This document shows, one piece after another, positions 1-9,630 of a stretch of 63,691 nucleotides of DNA. The stretch's first letter is position 1; each line of letters begins with the position of its first letter. The stretch comes from Desulfurococcaceae archaeon. GTDB lineage: Archaea; Thermoproteota; Thermoprotei_A; Sulfolobales; Desulfurococcaceae. The stretch is taken from NCBI GenBank assembly GCA_038816475.1, contig JAWBAI010000009.1:1-63691 (forward strand), read 5' to 3'. The notes under the pieces are model-generated. The model saw only the letters and a list, made by a program, of their open reading frames with translations. It ran no database searches and had not been told where the DNA came from. The position numbers and the translations under genes are program-made.

Positions 1-331
1 CAGAGAAAGCACTAGTGGTTAAGGTTTCTCCACACAACACCTCTCGAACCTGCCCACGATGCGGGTACGTGGTAAAGACCCGAGTGGGCAGGATGTTCAA
101 ATGCCCAAAGTGCAGTCTCGAAATGGATAGGCAGAAGCTCGCATCCATAAACATCTACCTCAAGTACACCAAGATGTGGGGGTTTCCTCACAGCAATGAA
201 CCCAATGAGGGTGAGCTGTGGATTGGGGTTACCCTGAACGGGTGGAGACCAATGACATGGGCACCGATGAAAGGTGCCCCGAGGTCTATGAAGCCAAGGG
301 TTAAAATCAAACAACATGAAACCCGAACCCC
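1..331 (+). mobile_element. Right end of a tnpB-carrying element, including probable omegaRNA scaffold
   Basis: Identity with the second copy at 40795-41013 (-) stops at ...ATGAAACCCGAACCCC (331); hairpin GGGCACC-gatgaaa-GGTGCCC at 259-279. Confidence 0.75.
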
Positions 332-383
332 GAACCCTATGAGACCTATTCTCCACGTGCGCACGGTCACTCGGCTCACTTGA
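1..383 (+). CDS. tnpB: TnpB (IS200/605/607 family RNA-guided nuclease), C-terminal part, 5'-truncated by window edge
   Basis: VSPHNTSRTCPRCG...FKCPKC zinc ribbon followed by a RuvC-III-like DRQKLASINI motif. Confidence 0.9.
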   Translation, partial: EKALVVKVSPHNTSRTCPRCGYVVKTRVGRMFKCPKCSLEMDRQKLASINIYLKYTKMWGFPHSNEPNEGELWIGVTLNGWRPMTWAPMKGAPRSMKPRVKIKQHETRTPNPMRPILHVRTVTRLT

Positions 384-455
384 TTATACGAATTGGTTTC
401 GTTAATGGCTTCGAAACAGCGTCTCTGAGAATAAAAGCTGTGCTCGGGGCGTCCT

Positions 456-1805
456 CTACTTTCCAGCGACTTTAACCTTTCTTATCCACATTGAGGGTGT
501 ACCTGTATTGTCAACAATGTACACGTCTTCTCCGACTTCAACTAGGTTTCTAGATAACCACTCGTACACGTTTCCTCCTAGTACAACCCCTTTAACGGGC
601 TTCACGATGCTTCCTTTCTCGATGAGCAAACCGTGGGTTACGGTTGTTTTAACGCTACCTGTAACAGGGTCGCTCATCCAGTATCCTATAACCTCGTAAA
701 CAACGAGCCCTTTCTCGAGTTCCTCTGCGAACTTGTCCAGTTTGCCTTTCCCGGGTTTCACCACGAAGTTCGTGAAGCCTGGTACAGGATGTGTAGCCGG
801 TGATTGCCTTACACCGTTACCCGTTGGCTCAGTGTTCATTCTACGCGAGGTGTAGTAGCTCTGAAGTATTGTTGTGAACACACCCTTCTCTACAACAGGT
901 TTTGCTCTAGCTGGTACACCCTCATCGTCGAACGATCTCGTGCCTGTGGCACCCTTGAGGAAGGGGTCATCGATTATTGTCACTTTTTCGCTCATCACCA
1001 GCTGTCCATGCTTGTTTCTCAGAGGACTCCTGTTCTCGAGTATGTTCGAAGCTGAGAACGCTGGTGCTAGACTCGATGTGAGCACGAGGCCTGCAACGGA
1101 TGGGTCCAGTACTACGTCGTAGACTCCTGACTCAACAGGTTGCGCGTTGAAGAAGAGCATTGCTAGTTCACCTTCTCTGGTTGCTGCTTCAGCCAAAGCA
1201 TTCTCGTCAATGAGGTTTTTAGCGTAGACAAGAGTTTTACTCGAGGAAGATCCGTTCTTCTCCACGCTGAGAACAAGCCACAGTGAAACCTCGGTGTACA
1301 TCTCGCGGAGGTTCACTCCGTTGGAGTTGACTATGCTAAGCTCGGCTCTTGCAACCTCAAACATTCCCTCGGTAACCACAGCTTTCGTAGCACCCTTGGA
1401 GAGAGCTGGCTCTTTGAACATGTCCATAGTGTACTTCAGCACCTCCACGTACTCTTCCTCGCTCATGGAAGCTGTTCTCTCATCGTAGGTTTTCGGCTTC
1501 GCAACGAGCTTGTAAACTGGTGGAAAACCACCCCAGTACGGATCCTCCTGTGAAGCTCTGGTGATCGACAGGAGCTTTTCGAGAACACTGTCTACTTCTT
1601 CGAGAGTGTTAACCCTAATACTCCCTACTCTTCTTCCAACAGCTCCACGCAGACCTATGTCCAGTCGTTTTCTCCAAGAAGACTCGATCACTCTGTCGTT
1701 AGCCACCGTGAACTGAACCGTGGCCGATTCAACAGCGTAAACCTCAGCATCGCTTAATCCTTTGCCAACGGCTTTTTTAACCACAGTCTCGTAGTCTAGG
1801 CTCAT
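456..1805 (-). CDS. TldE/PmbA family protein
   Basis: FDDEGVP and PTGNG motifs, no HExxH; directly downstream of tldD. Confidence 0.9.
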   Translation of the reverse strand: MSLDYETVVKKAVGKGLSDAEVYAVESATVQFTVANDRVIESSWRKRLDIGLRGAVGRRVGSIRVNTLEEVDSVLEKLLSITRASQEDPYWGGFPPVYKLVAKPKTYDERTASMSEEEYVEVLKYTMDMFKEPALSKGATKAVVTEGMFEVARAELSIVNSNGVNLREMYTEVSLWLVLSVEKNGSSSSKTLVYAKNLIDENALAEAATREGELAMLFFNAQPVESGVYDVVLDPSVAGLVLTSSLAPAFSASNILENRSPLRNKHGQLVMSEKVTIIDDPFLKGATGTRSFDDEGVPARAKPVVEKGVFTTILQSYYTSRRMNTEPTGNGVRQSPATHPVPGFTNFVVKPGKGKLDKFAEELEKGLVVYEVIGYWMSDPVTGSVKTTVTHGLLIEKGSIVKPVKGVVLGGNVYEWLSRNLVEVGEDVYIVDNTGTPSMWIRKVKVAGK

Positions 1806-1807
1806 CG

Positions 1808-3220
1808 CTATCCACCTCCGATCGTGAATCCTCGTACTCTCACATGGGGTCCACCATCACCAACTCTAACTGTTTGCCCACCTTTCCCGCATCCGCCGAA
1901 CACGCTTGTTCTAACCACGAGGTCTCTGCCAACAGCGTCAACGTTCTTCAGAGTCTCCAGTATAAGCCCTGAGAGCATCACTCCCTTAACCAGCTGTTTC
2001 AGCTCCCCGTTCTCGATCAAGTAGCTTGGTCCACTGGTGAACGTGAAGGCTCCTGTGAGAGGGTTCACCTGGCCGCCCAGAGCACCTCTACCTCTCACGT
2101 ACAGGCCTCTTCTCGTATCCTTGATCATCTCCTCAACGCTCCAGTCCCCGGGCTCCATGTACGTGTTGGTTTGCCTAACGAGTATTGGGTCCTGGTAGCT
2201 CATCACGCGAGCATTCCCCGTAGGCTCCTGCTTTAGCATTTTAGCTGTTGTAAGGCTGTGTAGGAAGCCCACTAGAACACCGTTTTTCACAGTGTAGGTT
2301 TTCCTCTTTGGTGTTCCCTCGTCGTCGTAGGGTACGAGTACACCGCCCTCTACTAGTCCATCGTCTACTATTGAGACAAGGTCGCTTGCAACTTTCTTCC
2401 CTATTCTTCCTCCGAGAATGCTTCCACCCGCTAACACTATGTCACCTTCAGATGCGTGACCAAATGCTTCGTGGAGCATTAACCCAACCATGTCGTTGTC
2501 TAGCACTACGTCGTACCTACTCGGTTTAACTCTCTCGGCTCTAGCTGCTTCAACCACGAGCTTGGCTCTCTCTTTCACCCAATCGCTCCAGTTGATCGAC
2601 TTAATAAACTCCCAGCCAGCAACAGCCGATTCACTATCGTAGAGTGTTTCGTAAGCACCTTCAACGCTCGCTACAAGCCTCGCCGAAGCCCCGATCATCC
2701 TCCTAGTGAACTCAACGTAGTCCCCGTTGCTCGACACGTAGACTCTCTTGTCCTTCTCGAAACCGTACCTCAACGTAATACTCGAAAGCTCGCGAACCTC
2801 GCGTGCACAGTTGTACATGTCCCTGAGTAGTTCAACCTTCTCCGAGAAGTCAACGTTCTCCGGGTCTACAGTGTATGTGGACTCGAGAGAATCCTTCACG
2901 GTTCGTCGAGCGTAGAGATCCACGCTGAGAGAGTACTTCGAGGAGGCTTTAGCTAGCTTGAAAGCTCTCAGAACAGCATCTCTCACAGCGGTCTTCTCGA
3001 GGCTTGACGTGGAAGAGTAAGCTACGTATCCCTTGTATACAACTCTGACACCAACCCCTTGAACACTGTTAACTACGAAGTCTCTCACAACACCGTTATC
3101 GTATACAACCAGCTCACTGTAGTAGTACTGTATTCTTACATCAACGAAGTCTAAACCAAGCTCACCCTGGAGCCTAGCAATGAAGTCCAAGTCGATCAAG
3201 AACTCACCACCAAGATCCAA
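1808..3220 (-). CDS. tldD: TldD metalloprotease
   Basis: HEAFGH zinc motif, YDDEG, C-terminal GGCGKGGQ and GGPH. Confidence 0.93.
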   Translation of the reverse strand: MDLGGEFLIDLDFIARLQGELGLDFVDVRIQYYYSELVVYDNGVVRDFVVNSVQGVGVRVVYKGYVAYSSTSSLEKTAVRDAVLRAFKLAKASSKYSLSVDLYARRTVKDSLESTYTVDPENVDFSEKVELLRDMYNCAREVRELSSITLRYGFEKDKRVYVSSNGDYVEFTRRMIGASARLVASVEGAYETLYDSESAVAGWEFIKSINWSDWVKERAKLVVEAARAERVKPSRYDVVLDNDMVGLMLHEAFGHASEGDIVLAGGSILGGRIGKKVASDLVSIVDDGLVEGGVLVPYDDEGTPKRKTYTVKNGVLVGFLHSLTTAKMLKQEPTGNARVMSYQDPILVRQTNTYMEPGDWSVEEMIKDTRRGLYVRGRGALGGQVNPLTGAFTFTSGPSYLIENGELKQLVKGVMLSGLILETLKNVDAVGRDLVVRTSVFGGCGKGGQTVRVGDGGPHVRVRGFTIGGG

Positions 3221-3453
3221 GAAACACTCCGTCTAGCTAATAACTCTAGCTCCACGATCACCTCACAATAGAGAGGTGCACGAACGGTTAAATCTCCTCA
3301 CTCTGAAGACCAAAGGTTCCGAGTTGTAAATTCAATGCCTTGCGCATCTGCTGTTCAGGAGGTAGCTCGTCACGAAGAGGCTACAGTGTTGACCACGAAG
3401 AGCTCTTCAAATCGCATGGATGCCCACCTTATTTAATTGCCATGGATTAACCA

Positions 3454-4497
3454 TTGTGGGGGAATGAATTGAGCTCTGGCCGCGCAATGTGTGTAGGTTG
3501 CGGGAAGATCTGTTCAGCTTTACGCTTAGCACTGGTTCTTTCACTCCTCTTGTACTCGTTTTTCTCGTGGATACATCTCAGCGTGCAGGCATCGCAGAGT
3601 AACCCGTCTAGTACTTCGCGCGAAGATCTCTGTAGCTTCGTCGCATCTCTCTACAGGGATTTCGGTGAGTTTGGTTGCTGCGTTGAATCACCAGTGGTTG
3701 AACCAGACGTATGCTACACGTCCAGTAACCTTCTAGCGGAGTATGTTCTCAGAAACGTATGCGGTAAACCGGGCATCGCTGATAAGATCAAAAGGTTCCT
3801 GGAGAAGTACTCCTCCAGCTTCTACGACTACTACCAGGTTTTACTTGGGTTAAACTACTCCTTGCCCTTCACGGTTGTTGAACACGTTTTAGCCGATGTC
3901 GTTGACTCCGTTAGAGTTGTACACGTGAATAGAACTGAAACCGTGATCGAGGACTACTACGACTACGCTAACCTATTGGTTTACAAGGCGCTATTGCACA
4001 TTGCTCAAGGCGAGGAAAACGAAGCATTAAAGGAGTTGACCACGCTCAGCGAGATGTTCAACGGGTATGGGTTCGCGGATGCATACTACAGGGTATACGG
4101 AAAGTACGAAACGTACAAGGTAGCACTAGCTATCATAGCCTACAGAGCACTCGGACACGCATCGGAGGTGGAGAAGTACAGGAGCGTACTGGAGAAGATA
4201 AAGCCACTGGCAACACTCTACGAGCAAGGCTTCAAGGGCACAGGCGACTTGAACCTGGAAACAGCATCCCTGGTGCTAATAGCTCTCTACGGAGACCTAC
4301 ACGAACTAGTGAGGAAGCCAGAACCGAGAAACGAAGCCATCTCTCAGCTACCAGAGATTCTAGTAGTTGTACTCCCTGCTGTACTAACATTGTTAGCTAT
4401 TCTTTACACTGCATTCTGCAAGAAGTTCAAGCTCGGCCACAGAAAGTTTACAAAGCCTTTCAATTCTTTACATTGCATTCAGCACACAAAAGCGTAA
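3454..4497 (+). CDS. Secreted, membrane-anchored hypothetical protein
   Basis: N-terminal hydrophobic signal, C-terminal TM plus basic tail, Tyr/Asp-rich motifs (YYDYANL, YETYKVAL); start uncertain. Confidence 0.7.
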   Translation: MWGNELSSGRAMCVGCGKICSALRLALVLSLLLYSFFSWIHLSVQASQSNPSSTSREDLCSFVASLYRDFGEFGCCVESPVVEPDVCYTSSNLLAEYVLRNVCGKPGIADKIKRFLEKYSSSFYDYYQVLLGLNYSLPFTVVEHVLADVVDSVRVVHVNRTETVIEDYYDYANLLVYKALLHIAQGEENEALKELTTLSEMFNGYGFADAYYRVYGKYETYKVALAIIAYRALGHASEVEKYRSVLEKIKPLATLYEQGFKGTGDLNLETASLVLIALYGDLHELVRKPEPRNEAISQLPEILVVVLPAVLTLLAILYTAFCKKFKLGHRKFTKPFNSLHCIQHTKA

Positions 4498-4516
4498 GGG
4501 GTCTATGATGATCAAG

Positions 4517-4574
4517 CATTTAAGTTTTCTCCGTGATCAAGCGTGTGGAAAGTTCCATGGTGTTCATGGATGTT
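4517..4574 (+). repeat. Dispersed imperfect repeat, copy A (TTTAAG...TGATCAA...GTGGAAA...CATGGTG.TCATGGATGTT)
   Basis: Aligns with the reverse complement of 26740-26796. Confidence 0.6.
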
Positions 4575-4943
4575 CGAGAAAAGCCCATCAACAAGATGTA
4601 GCCACGATGCTTCCTGCGCTGATCAGGGATGATCGCATCATTGAATCAGGAGCAGTTTAATAATACGAGAGCAGTTTTTACTCGAGCAGTCGTGGAGCAG
4701 TTCATTAACCGGGTTTTACTTGTTGATCGATCATTCCTGCTCTGAACGGGACGTTCTACTGCAGCGTCTGGAAGCTTCGTGCCAATGACTTGAGCGTTTT
4801 CTAACCTGGTTATCTCGCAGATGCAACTATAGATACTGCTAAGTAAATGCTCCTCGTAAGCAATAATTGAGATTAAACCTGGAGGCCAGCCTTCACCTGT
4901 GCATCGCTTAGAGTGTGGAGTGCACGGTTTCCTGAATGATGGC

Positions 4944-5702
4944 TTAGCTCGCTGAGGATGCTAGCTGGTCGAGTACTCTGGTTACCTCGGAGAGTAGTTG
5001 TCTAGCCTTCTTTACCTCTTCGATAACGTTGTTCAGCTTCTCTGCAAGCATGTTTTTGTCCCTCGTGATCTCCTCTCGTTCTCTTCTAAGGGATTCCAGC
5101 TCGGATTCAACACTACTTAGTCTGCTTCTGAGATTTTCTATCTCGGATTCCTTGGTGGCTAGCTGTGTTCTAAGGTTTTCCACTTCAGCATCTCTACTGC
5201 TCAGTTTTGCTTTCAACTCCTCGTTCTCGCGTTTGAGGTTCTCCACCTGCTGTTCTAGTGCTTTAACCTGCTCTCGGAGTGCTTCAACTTCTCTTCGCAA
5301 CGCTTCCATCTGCTCCTCAGCACCTGCCACCGGTGCTCTTATGAAGGGTACTACTAGCCTGAGTTCACCCCGCTTCAGCTTCTCGTAGGTTTCAGCTACG
5401 AGCTTACCAGCTTTCGTTTTCTGCGCGAGATGGCTTCTCACAGTGGTCTCGGACCTGCCGATCTCCTCGGCTATTTGCGTGGTTGGCATTCCAGCCTTAT
5501 GCCTGGCGAACGCAGCAGCTGCAACAGCCAAGCTGTCTATCCAGGTTAATCTCTCAATGGGATCCTTGATGAGCTCGAGCACCTCGGGACTGTAGAGTAC
5601 ACCGATGATCAGCGCCATCTCGAGCTGCGTGATCTCCTTTTTACCCATGGGCTTCAAGGGGACGTTCGAAAGATCTATGTAGACCTCTTCGCTCAAGGTC
5701 AT
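4944..5702 (-). CDS. KaiC-associated HTH regulator (COG1318-like) with long C-terminal coiled coil
   Basis: ERLTWIDSLAVAAAAFAR..AG....IAEEIGRSETTVRSHL..KTKAGKLV signature; heptad tail; co-directional with kaiC. Confidence 0.85.
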   Translation of the reverse strand: MTLSEEVYIDLSNVPLKPMGKKEITQLEMALIIGVLYSPEVLELIKDPIERLTWIDSLAVAAAAFARHKAGMPTTQIAEEIGRSETTVRSHLAQKTKAGKLVAETYEKLKRGELRLVVPFIRAPVAGAEEQMEALRREVEALREQVKALEQQVENLKRENEELKAKLSSRDAEVENLRTQLATKESEIENLRSRLSSVESELESLRREREEITRDKNMLAEKLNNVIEEVKKARQLLSEVTRVLDQLASSAS

Positions 5703-5714
5703 TACCCCGGGAAA

Positions 5715-6446
5715 CTACCTGCTGTACTTTAGCACTTTGTCAGGGTGTACAACTATGCCTTTATCCGTGATCTCGAAGAGATGCCTCTTCATACTGTGGC
5801 TTGTACCTCTCATTTTCCACACAACCAGGCTTCTAACGAGTTCACCGTTGATCTCGTCGAGGTCAAGCCTCACGATACCATCAGCAGCGTGCTCTACACC
5901 GGGTCCTCCGAATCCTCTCTCGGTTACAGAAACCTGTGATACCAGGATACTGGTTGTTCCCATGCCCGAGAGAACCTTCTTGAGCTGGAGAACAACGCTT
6001 CTCGCAACCGACGGCTTTGTCAAGTACAGCGTTGAAACACTATCAACAACCACTCTCTGCGCATTCGTTTCCCTGATAGCCTCACGGAGAACATCCACAA
6101 GCTCGTTCACGCTATCAGGGTCCTTAACAACGTACTTCTCACGCTTAGCAGCTTCACCAACACCAGCAGTGAAGGCATCAACAACAGCGAATTTACCCTC
6201 CTGCTCGTACTGTTTAACATCCCAGCCGAAGTTCCTCATGTTAACTCTAACCTGAACCGGGTGCTCCTCGAGAGCAACGTAGATACCGGGTTCACCCATC
6301 TGCAGCCCATTCCACAGGAACTGCATTGAGAATATGCTCTTACCAGTACCCGGGCCCCCGCTCAACAGTACAACGTTCCTCCTCGGAATACCACCGTTCA
6401 ATATCTCATCGAAACCCGGTATACCTGTTTTAACGCGTTCAACCAT
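5715..6446 (-). CDS. Single-domain KaiC-like RecA-family ATPase
   Basis: TGIPGFD, Walker [12 protein letters not shown], Walker B VVVDS, KMRGT; likely start MVERVKTG at 6446. Confidence 0.93.
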   Translation of the reverse strand: MVERVKTGIPGFDEILNGGIPRRNVVLLSGGPGTGKSIFSMQFLWNGLQMGEPGIYVALEEHPVQVRVNMRNFGWDVKQYEQEGKFAVVDAFTAGVGEAAKREKYVVKDPDSVNELVDVLREAIRETNAQRVVVDSVSTLYLTKPSVARSVVLQLKKVLSGMGTTSILVSQVSVTERGFGGPGVEHAADGIVRLDLDEINGELVRSLVVWKMRGTSHSMKRHLFEITDKGIVVHPDKVLKYSR

Positions 6447-6621
6447 GCAATAACACCCGTGACAAACACTAATCCATATTAAATATACAATATACAAAAC
6501 ACTTTTATACATTGAAAACTAACACGGTTACACGAGAAAAAGCTATGAAGTAGCGACTACTTGGTGAAATCATCTACAATCACAGCTCCCGTTGAATAGG
6601 ATTACGGGGTCATCTTCGAGG

Positions 6622-7770
6622 TTAACTACAAATTGCTCTTATCTTAGCCGCTTCCTTCGGGAGTAGATTAATCACTCTCGCTTTGTTTGAGCCGAGTATA
6701 CTGTTGCACAGTTTGCTCTTAAGCTCGTTGTAGTCCCTTACCACAAGGGTAAGCACGGGTTCAACGCGCTCAGCATCTACATCCTCTCGTTTAACACCAT
6801 GGTCATAGAACTCTATTCTAACCTCCTGCTTCTCCTTGAGCAAACTAGCAATTCTCTGCGAAGCCCCCAGCAGAGTGAGCGGTTCATTGTTCACTCTCAC
6901 GAAGCCTCCGTATCCATGTGTGAATCTGAACCATTTCAGCAGCTCGCGGATTTCATCGCCAAGAGCCTTGAAGCCCGGAGGTACACCACTCTCGACCATA
7001 CTGTAAGCTAGCAGAGCGTACACTTCTCTCGCATTCCTTTCGAGAAGCTTCAGTAGATTCTCGAGCAGTTTTAACGGAGAGTACGAGCGATCCTCAACAG
7101 GGTCGTAAGCTGACACCAGGAGGTCAAGCTTACCTACAATCTCCTTCAGCTCTCCGTATTCGCGAACTCTACTTGCAACCCTGTAAGGTGTATCTTCACC
7201 TGGTCTCTCACGTGCAACATACTCCGCGGCTAAGTCTACTACGTGGTGAAGAAGAGCGTACTCTAAAGCCCTCTTCTCAACAAGCAACCTAGTACCCTGG
7301 TGCAAGTACCATGCTAACACAAGCTTCTCTTCGAAAGTACCGCGTTCCCCCATCTCATCAAGATACACAGAGGCAGCTACACCGAAAAGCTCAACAGCTC
7401 TGCTCAGAGCAGGGTTCGCTTTCTCAAGCTCCATTAAGGGGTACTGAGAGCTTTGCTGAAGAGAAGCCCCCATGAACTGCTTGCTGAGGCTTCTCAGGTA
7501 GTTGCTGACATCGCCGAGAGCACCCTCCAGGTATCTTCTCAAATCCTCTAGTTGCTGTAGCAGAGTTCCATCGAGGGTTCTTGCTCCACGGAAGTAGTGT
7601 TTAACGAGGAGAGCAGCGAACCTTAAGCTGTCTCTTCTATCTTTTTCTCTTCCAACATCGTGCACGTAGTGTGTATCGATAAGCTCATCTACTCTGACGA
7701 GATCATCTGAGCAGTAGTTCCAGCCGAGGAGACGCCTGCAGATATCCAGGTGAACACTCCACGAGGGCAA
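6622..7770 (-). CDS. Hypothetical protein, putative Zn-dependent hydrolase (phospholipase C/P1-nuclease-like motif pattern)
   Basis: N-terminal MPSWSVH, D..HD and LHHVVD motifs; 382-aa open frame. Confidence 0.6.
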   Translation of the reverse strand: MPSWSVHLDICRRLLGWNYCSDDLVRVDELIDTHYVHDVGREKDRRDSLRFAALLVKHYFRGARTLDGTLLQQLEDLRRYLEGALGDVSNYLRSLSKQFMGASLQQSSQYPLMELEKANPALSRAVELFGVAASVYLDEMGERGTFEEKLVLAWYLHQGTRLLVEKRALEYALLHHVVDLAAEYVARERPGEDTPYRVASRVREYGELKEIVGKLDLLVSAYDPVEDRSYSPLKLLENLLKLLERNAREVYALLAYSMVESGVPPGFKALGDEIRELLKWFRFTHGYGGFVRVNNEPLTLLGASQRIASLLKEKQEVRIEFYDHGVKREDVDAERVEPVLTLVVRDYNELKSKLCNSILGSNKARVINLLPKEAAKIRAICS

Positions 7771-7933
7771 GAGAACACACCTACTGTGTATATCAGAAAC
7801 CCGAAGTATTTAAGGACCGTGAATGGTAAATTGAATTCGGAAGCGGGCTCGTGGTGCAGGTAATTTGTTTGCTTCAATAGCTGTTCTTTCTCTTGCCTAG
7901 CTTACGGTTAAATACACGCTACGTTAATGTAAT

Positions 7934-9283
7934 ATGGTAATGGTACAGGGATCTATGGGTAAGAACTCGGATTTCACCGAGGAAGTTGTTGAAAAGGACT
8001 TCGAGGAAATAGAGGACAGGTACGAGGTAGTTGAAGAGGACGCGGTAGTTACTCCTGATGAACCCTTCGAGAAGGTTAAGACCCGTGGCTACGAGAGGTT
8101 TAAAACCTACCTGCAGCTCTTTCAACGTGCTTTGCTAAGGTTTGAGGGTTACGTAGCGAAGCATCGTGATCAATGGTTTCTGGTAGCTGTACCCGGAGGT
8201 GAACCCGTTGTGAAACTAGTGTTTGAAACTAGTCCCCCTATACACAACTCCTACATAAAAGTAGATAGATACCGTGAACAACGGGACCCCGAAAGCGGAG
8301 CAAGAGTTATCGTTGTATACGACTGGAGTTACATTCCGTTTGAAGTAGAACCCCCCCGTGTAAGTCTCAGCGGCTTTGAATCAATGGTTCTAAACGGCGT
8401 GGAGTTCACTAACAAGATCTTCGAAGAGCTCTACGTATACCACTTGATAAGTTCACCTTTCATTGTAACTCAGAGCAGGAGATACTACATAGGTGGTTCA
8501 AGACTAGCTCTCTTTGGTGAACACTCAAGTAGCCTTGTGAGCGGTGTACTAGCGCTTAGAAACTACATGCACAAGCCTGTCTCATACGTGAGGGGAACGT
8601 ACGTGAACATCTTAGTGAAATCCCCCAGTAGCATCTTCGAGAAAGTAGCTACGAAAAACCAAAAGATAATAACCTCGGTGAACGCCCCGGTGGAGTCTAT
8701 TGGTATTGTTGAACGAGCACCCGTGGACTACAGCATAGATCCAGACGCAGTTGAGCTCATATTCTACTACAAGGTTGCATACCCAGTAATGTTCTTGAAT
8801 GACGAGGAGCTTGTCAGAAAAGAAGAACTTCTACTCAGAGATACGCTACGCAGAGTAGACCTTAGACCCTCGTTAAGGAAAATCATGAACACAGATCTCG
8901 AGGGGGCCATGCTCGCTGTTCTAAGACTTGCAACAGCTGTAGCTAGAACCAGAAGGTCTTCAATGGTCACCGAGGAAATCCTCAGCATTGCTCACAACAG
9001 GTTCTACGATGCACTCGAAGAGATCGCATGGGAGTTTGGATTAACCGGGGACATGATAACATTTAGATTAATGCACAAGGATATAGTCTGGATAATCGAG
9101 AAGTACGGGTTTGATGCTCAAGGAACTAAGTGTATCGAGGAAGAAGAGCTGGTGAAGAAGCTCGTAGAAGACTACAAGCTGAGTAGAAAAGAAGCAGAAG
9201 ATAGAGTAGAGAGAGCGCGGCGTTCAGGCGTAATATATAAACCGTACTGGAGCAGAGGTTTGCTCTGTTTAACAACACAATAA
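7934..9283 (+). CDS. Degenerate MCM-like protein (OB-like region, inactive AAA+, winged helix)
   Basis: LRLATAVARTRRSSMVTEE resembles the MCM lid helix; C-terminal EAEDRVERARRSGVIYKP resembles the MCM winged helix; no GKS/T Walker A. Confidence 0.6.
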   Translation: MVMVQGSMGKNSDFTEEVVEKDFEEIEDRYEVVEEDAVVTPDEPFEKVKTRGYERFKTYLQLFQRALLRFEGYVAKHRDQWFLVAVPGGEPVVKLVFETSPPIHNSYIKVDRYREQRDPESGARVIVVYDWSYIPFEVEPPRVSLSGFESMVLNGVEFTNKIFEELYVYHLISSPFIVTQSRRYYIGGSRLALFGEHSSSLVSGVLALRNYMHKPVSYVRGTYVNILVKSPSSIFEKVATKNQKIITSVNAPVESIGIVERAPVDYSIDPDAVELIFYYKVAYPVMFLNDEELVRKEELLLRDTLRRVDLRPSLRKIMNTDLEGAMLAVLRLATAVARTRRSSMVTEEILSIAHNRFYDALEEIAWEFGLTGDMITFRLMHKDIVWIIEKYGFDAQGTKCIEEEELVKKLVEDYKLSRKEAEDRVERARRSGVIYKPYWSRGLLCLTTQ

Positions 9284-9630
9284 ACTACAATATTCACGCG
9301 TAATCAGCTCAGTTGATCCATCTTCGATCAAACCTTTCATTTATTCGGTACCACGATACTACTGCAATAGTTCCCGTTTGATCAGCTAGAGATGTTCAAC
9401 CTTAACAACTACTGTGAAACGCTTTGTGTGCATACCGTATACATGCTAGCACGTGGCAAAGACTGTGGTAAACGTGATCGCTCTTCTTGCAGGAAAAAAG
9501 AGAACATACTTTTCAAGTACGGCATTCAACCCTTCTCGTTGTATCTATCGTGTACTGAAGTGTACCTTGAAACACGATCAGGAGCAACCTTGAAACGAAT
9601 TGGAGGAACCAGTAATCGTATTTTTGTTTT

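Noticed and set aside
341-352. GAGACCTATTCT in the presumptive TnpB guide flank also occurs in sufC (60420-60431)
   Set aside because: Only 12 nt, not in the seed next to the element end; compatible with chance
7796-7805. GAAACCCGAA, a 10/12 match to the mini-element TIR, in the divergent promoter region
   Set aside because: No partner repeat or element body; sits where a BRE precedes a TATA box
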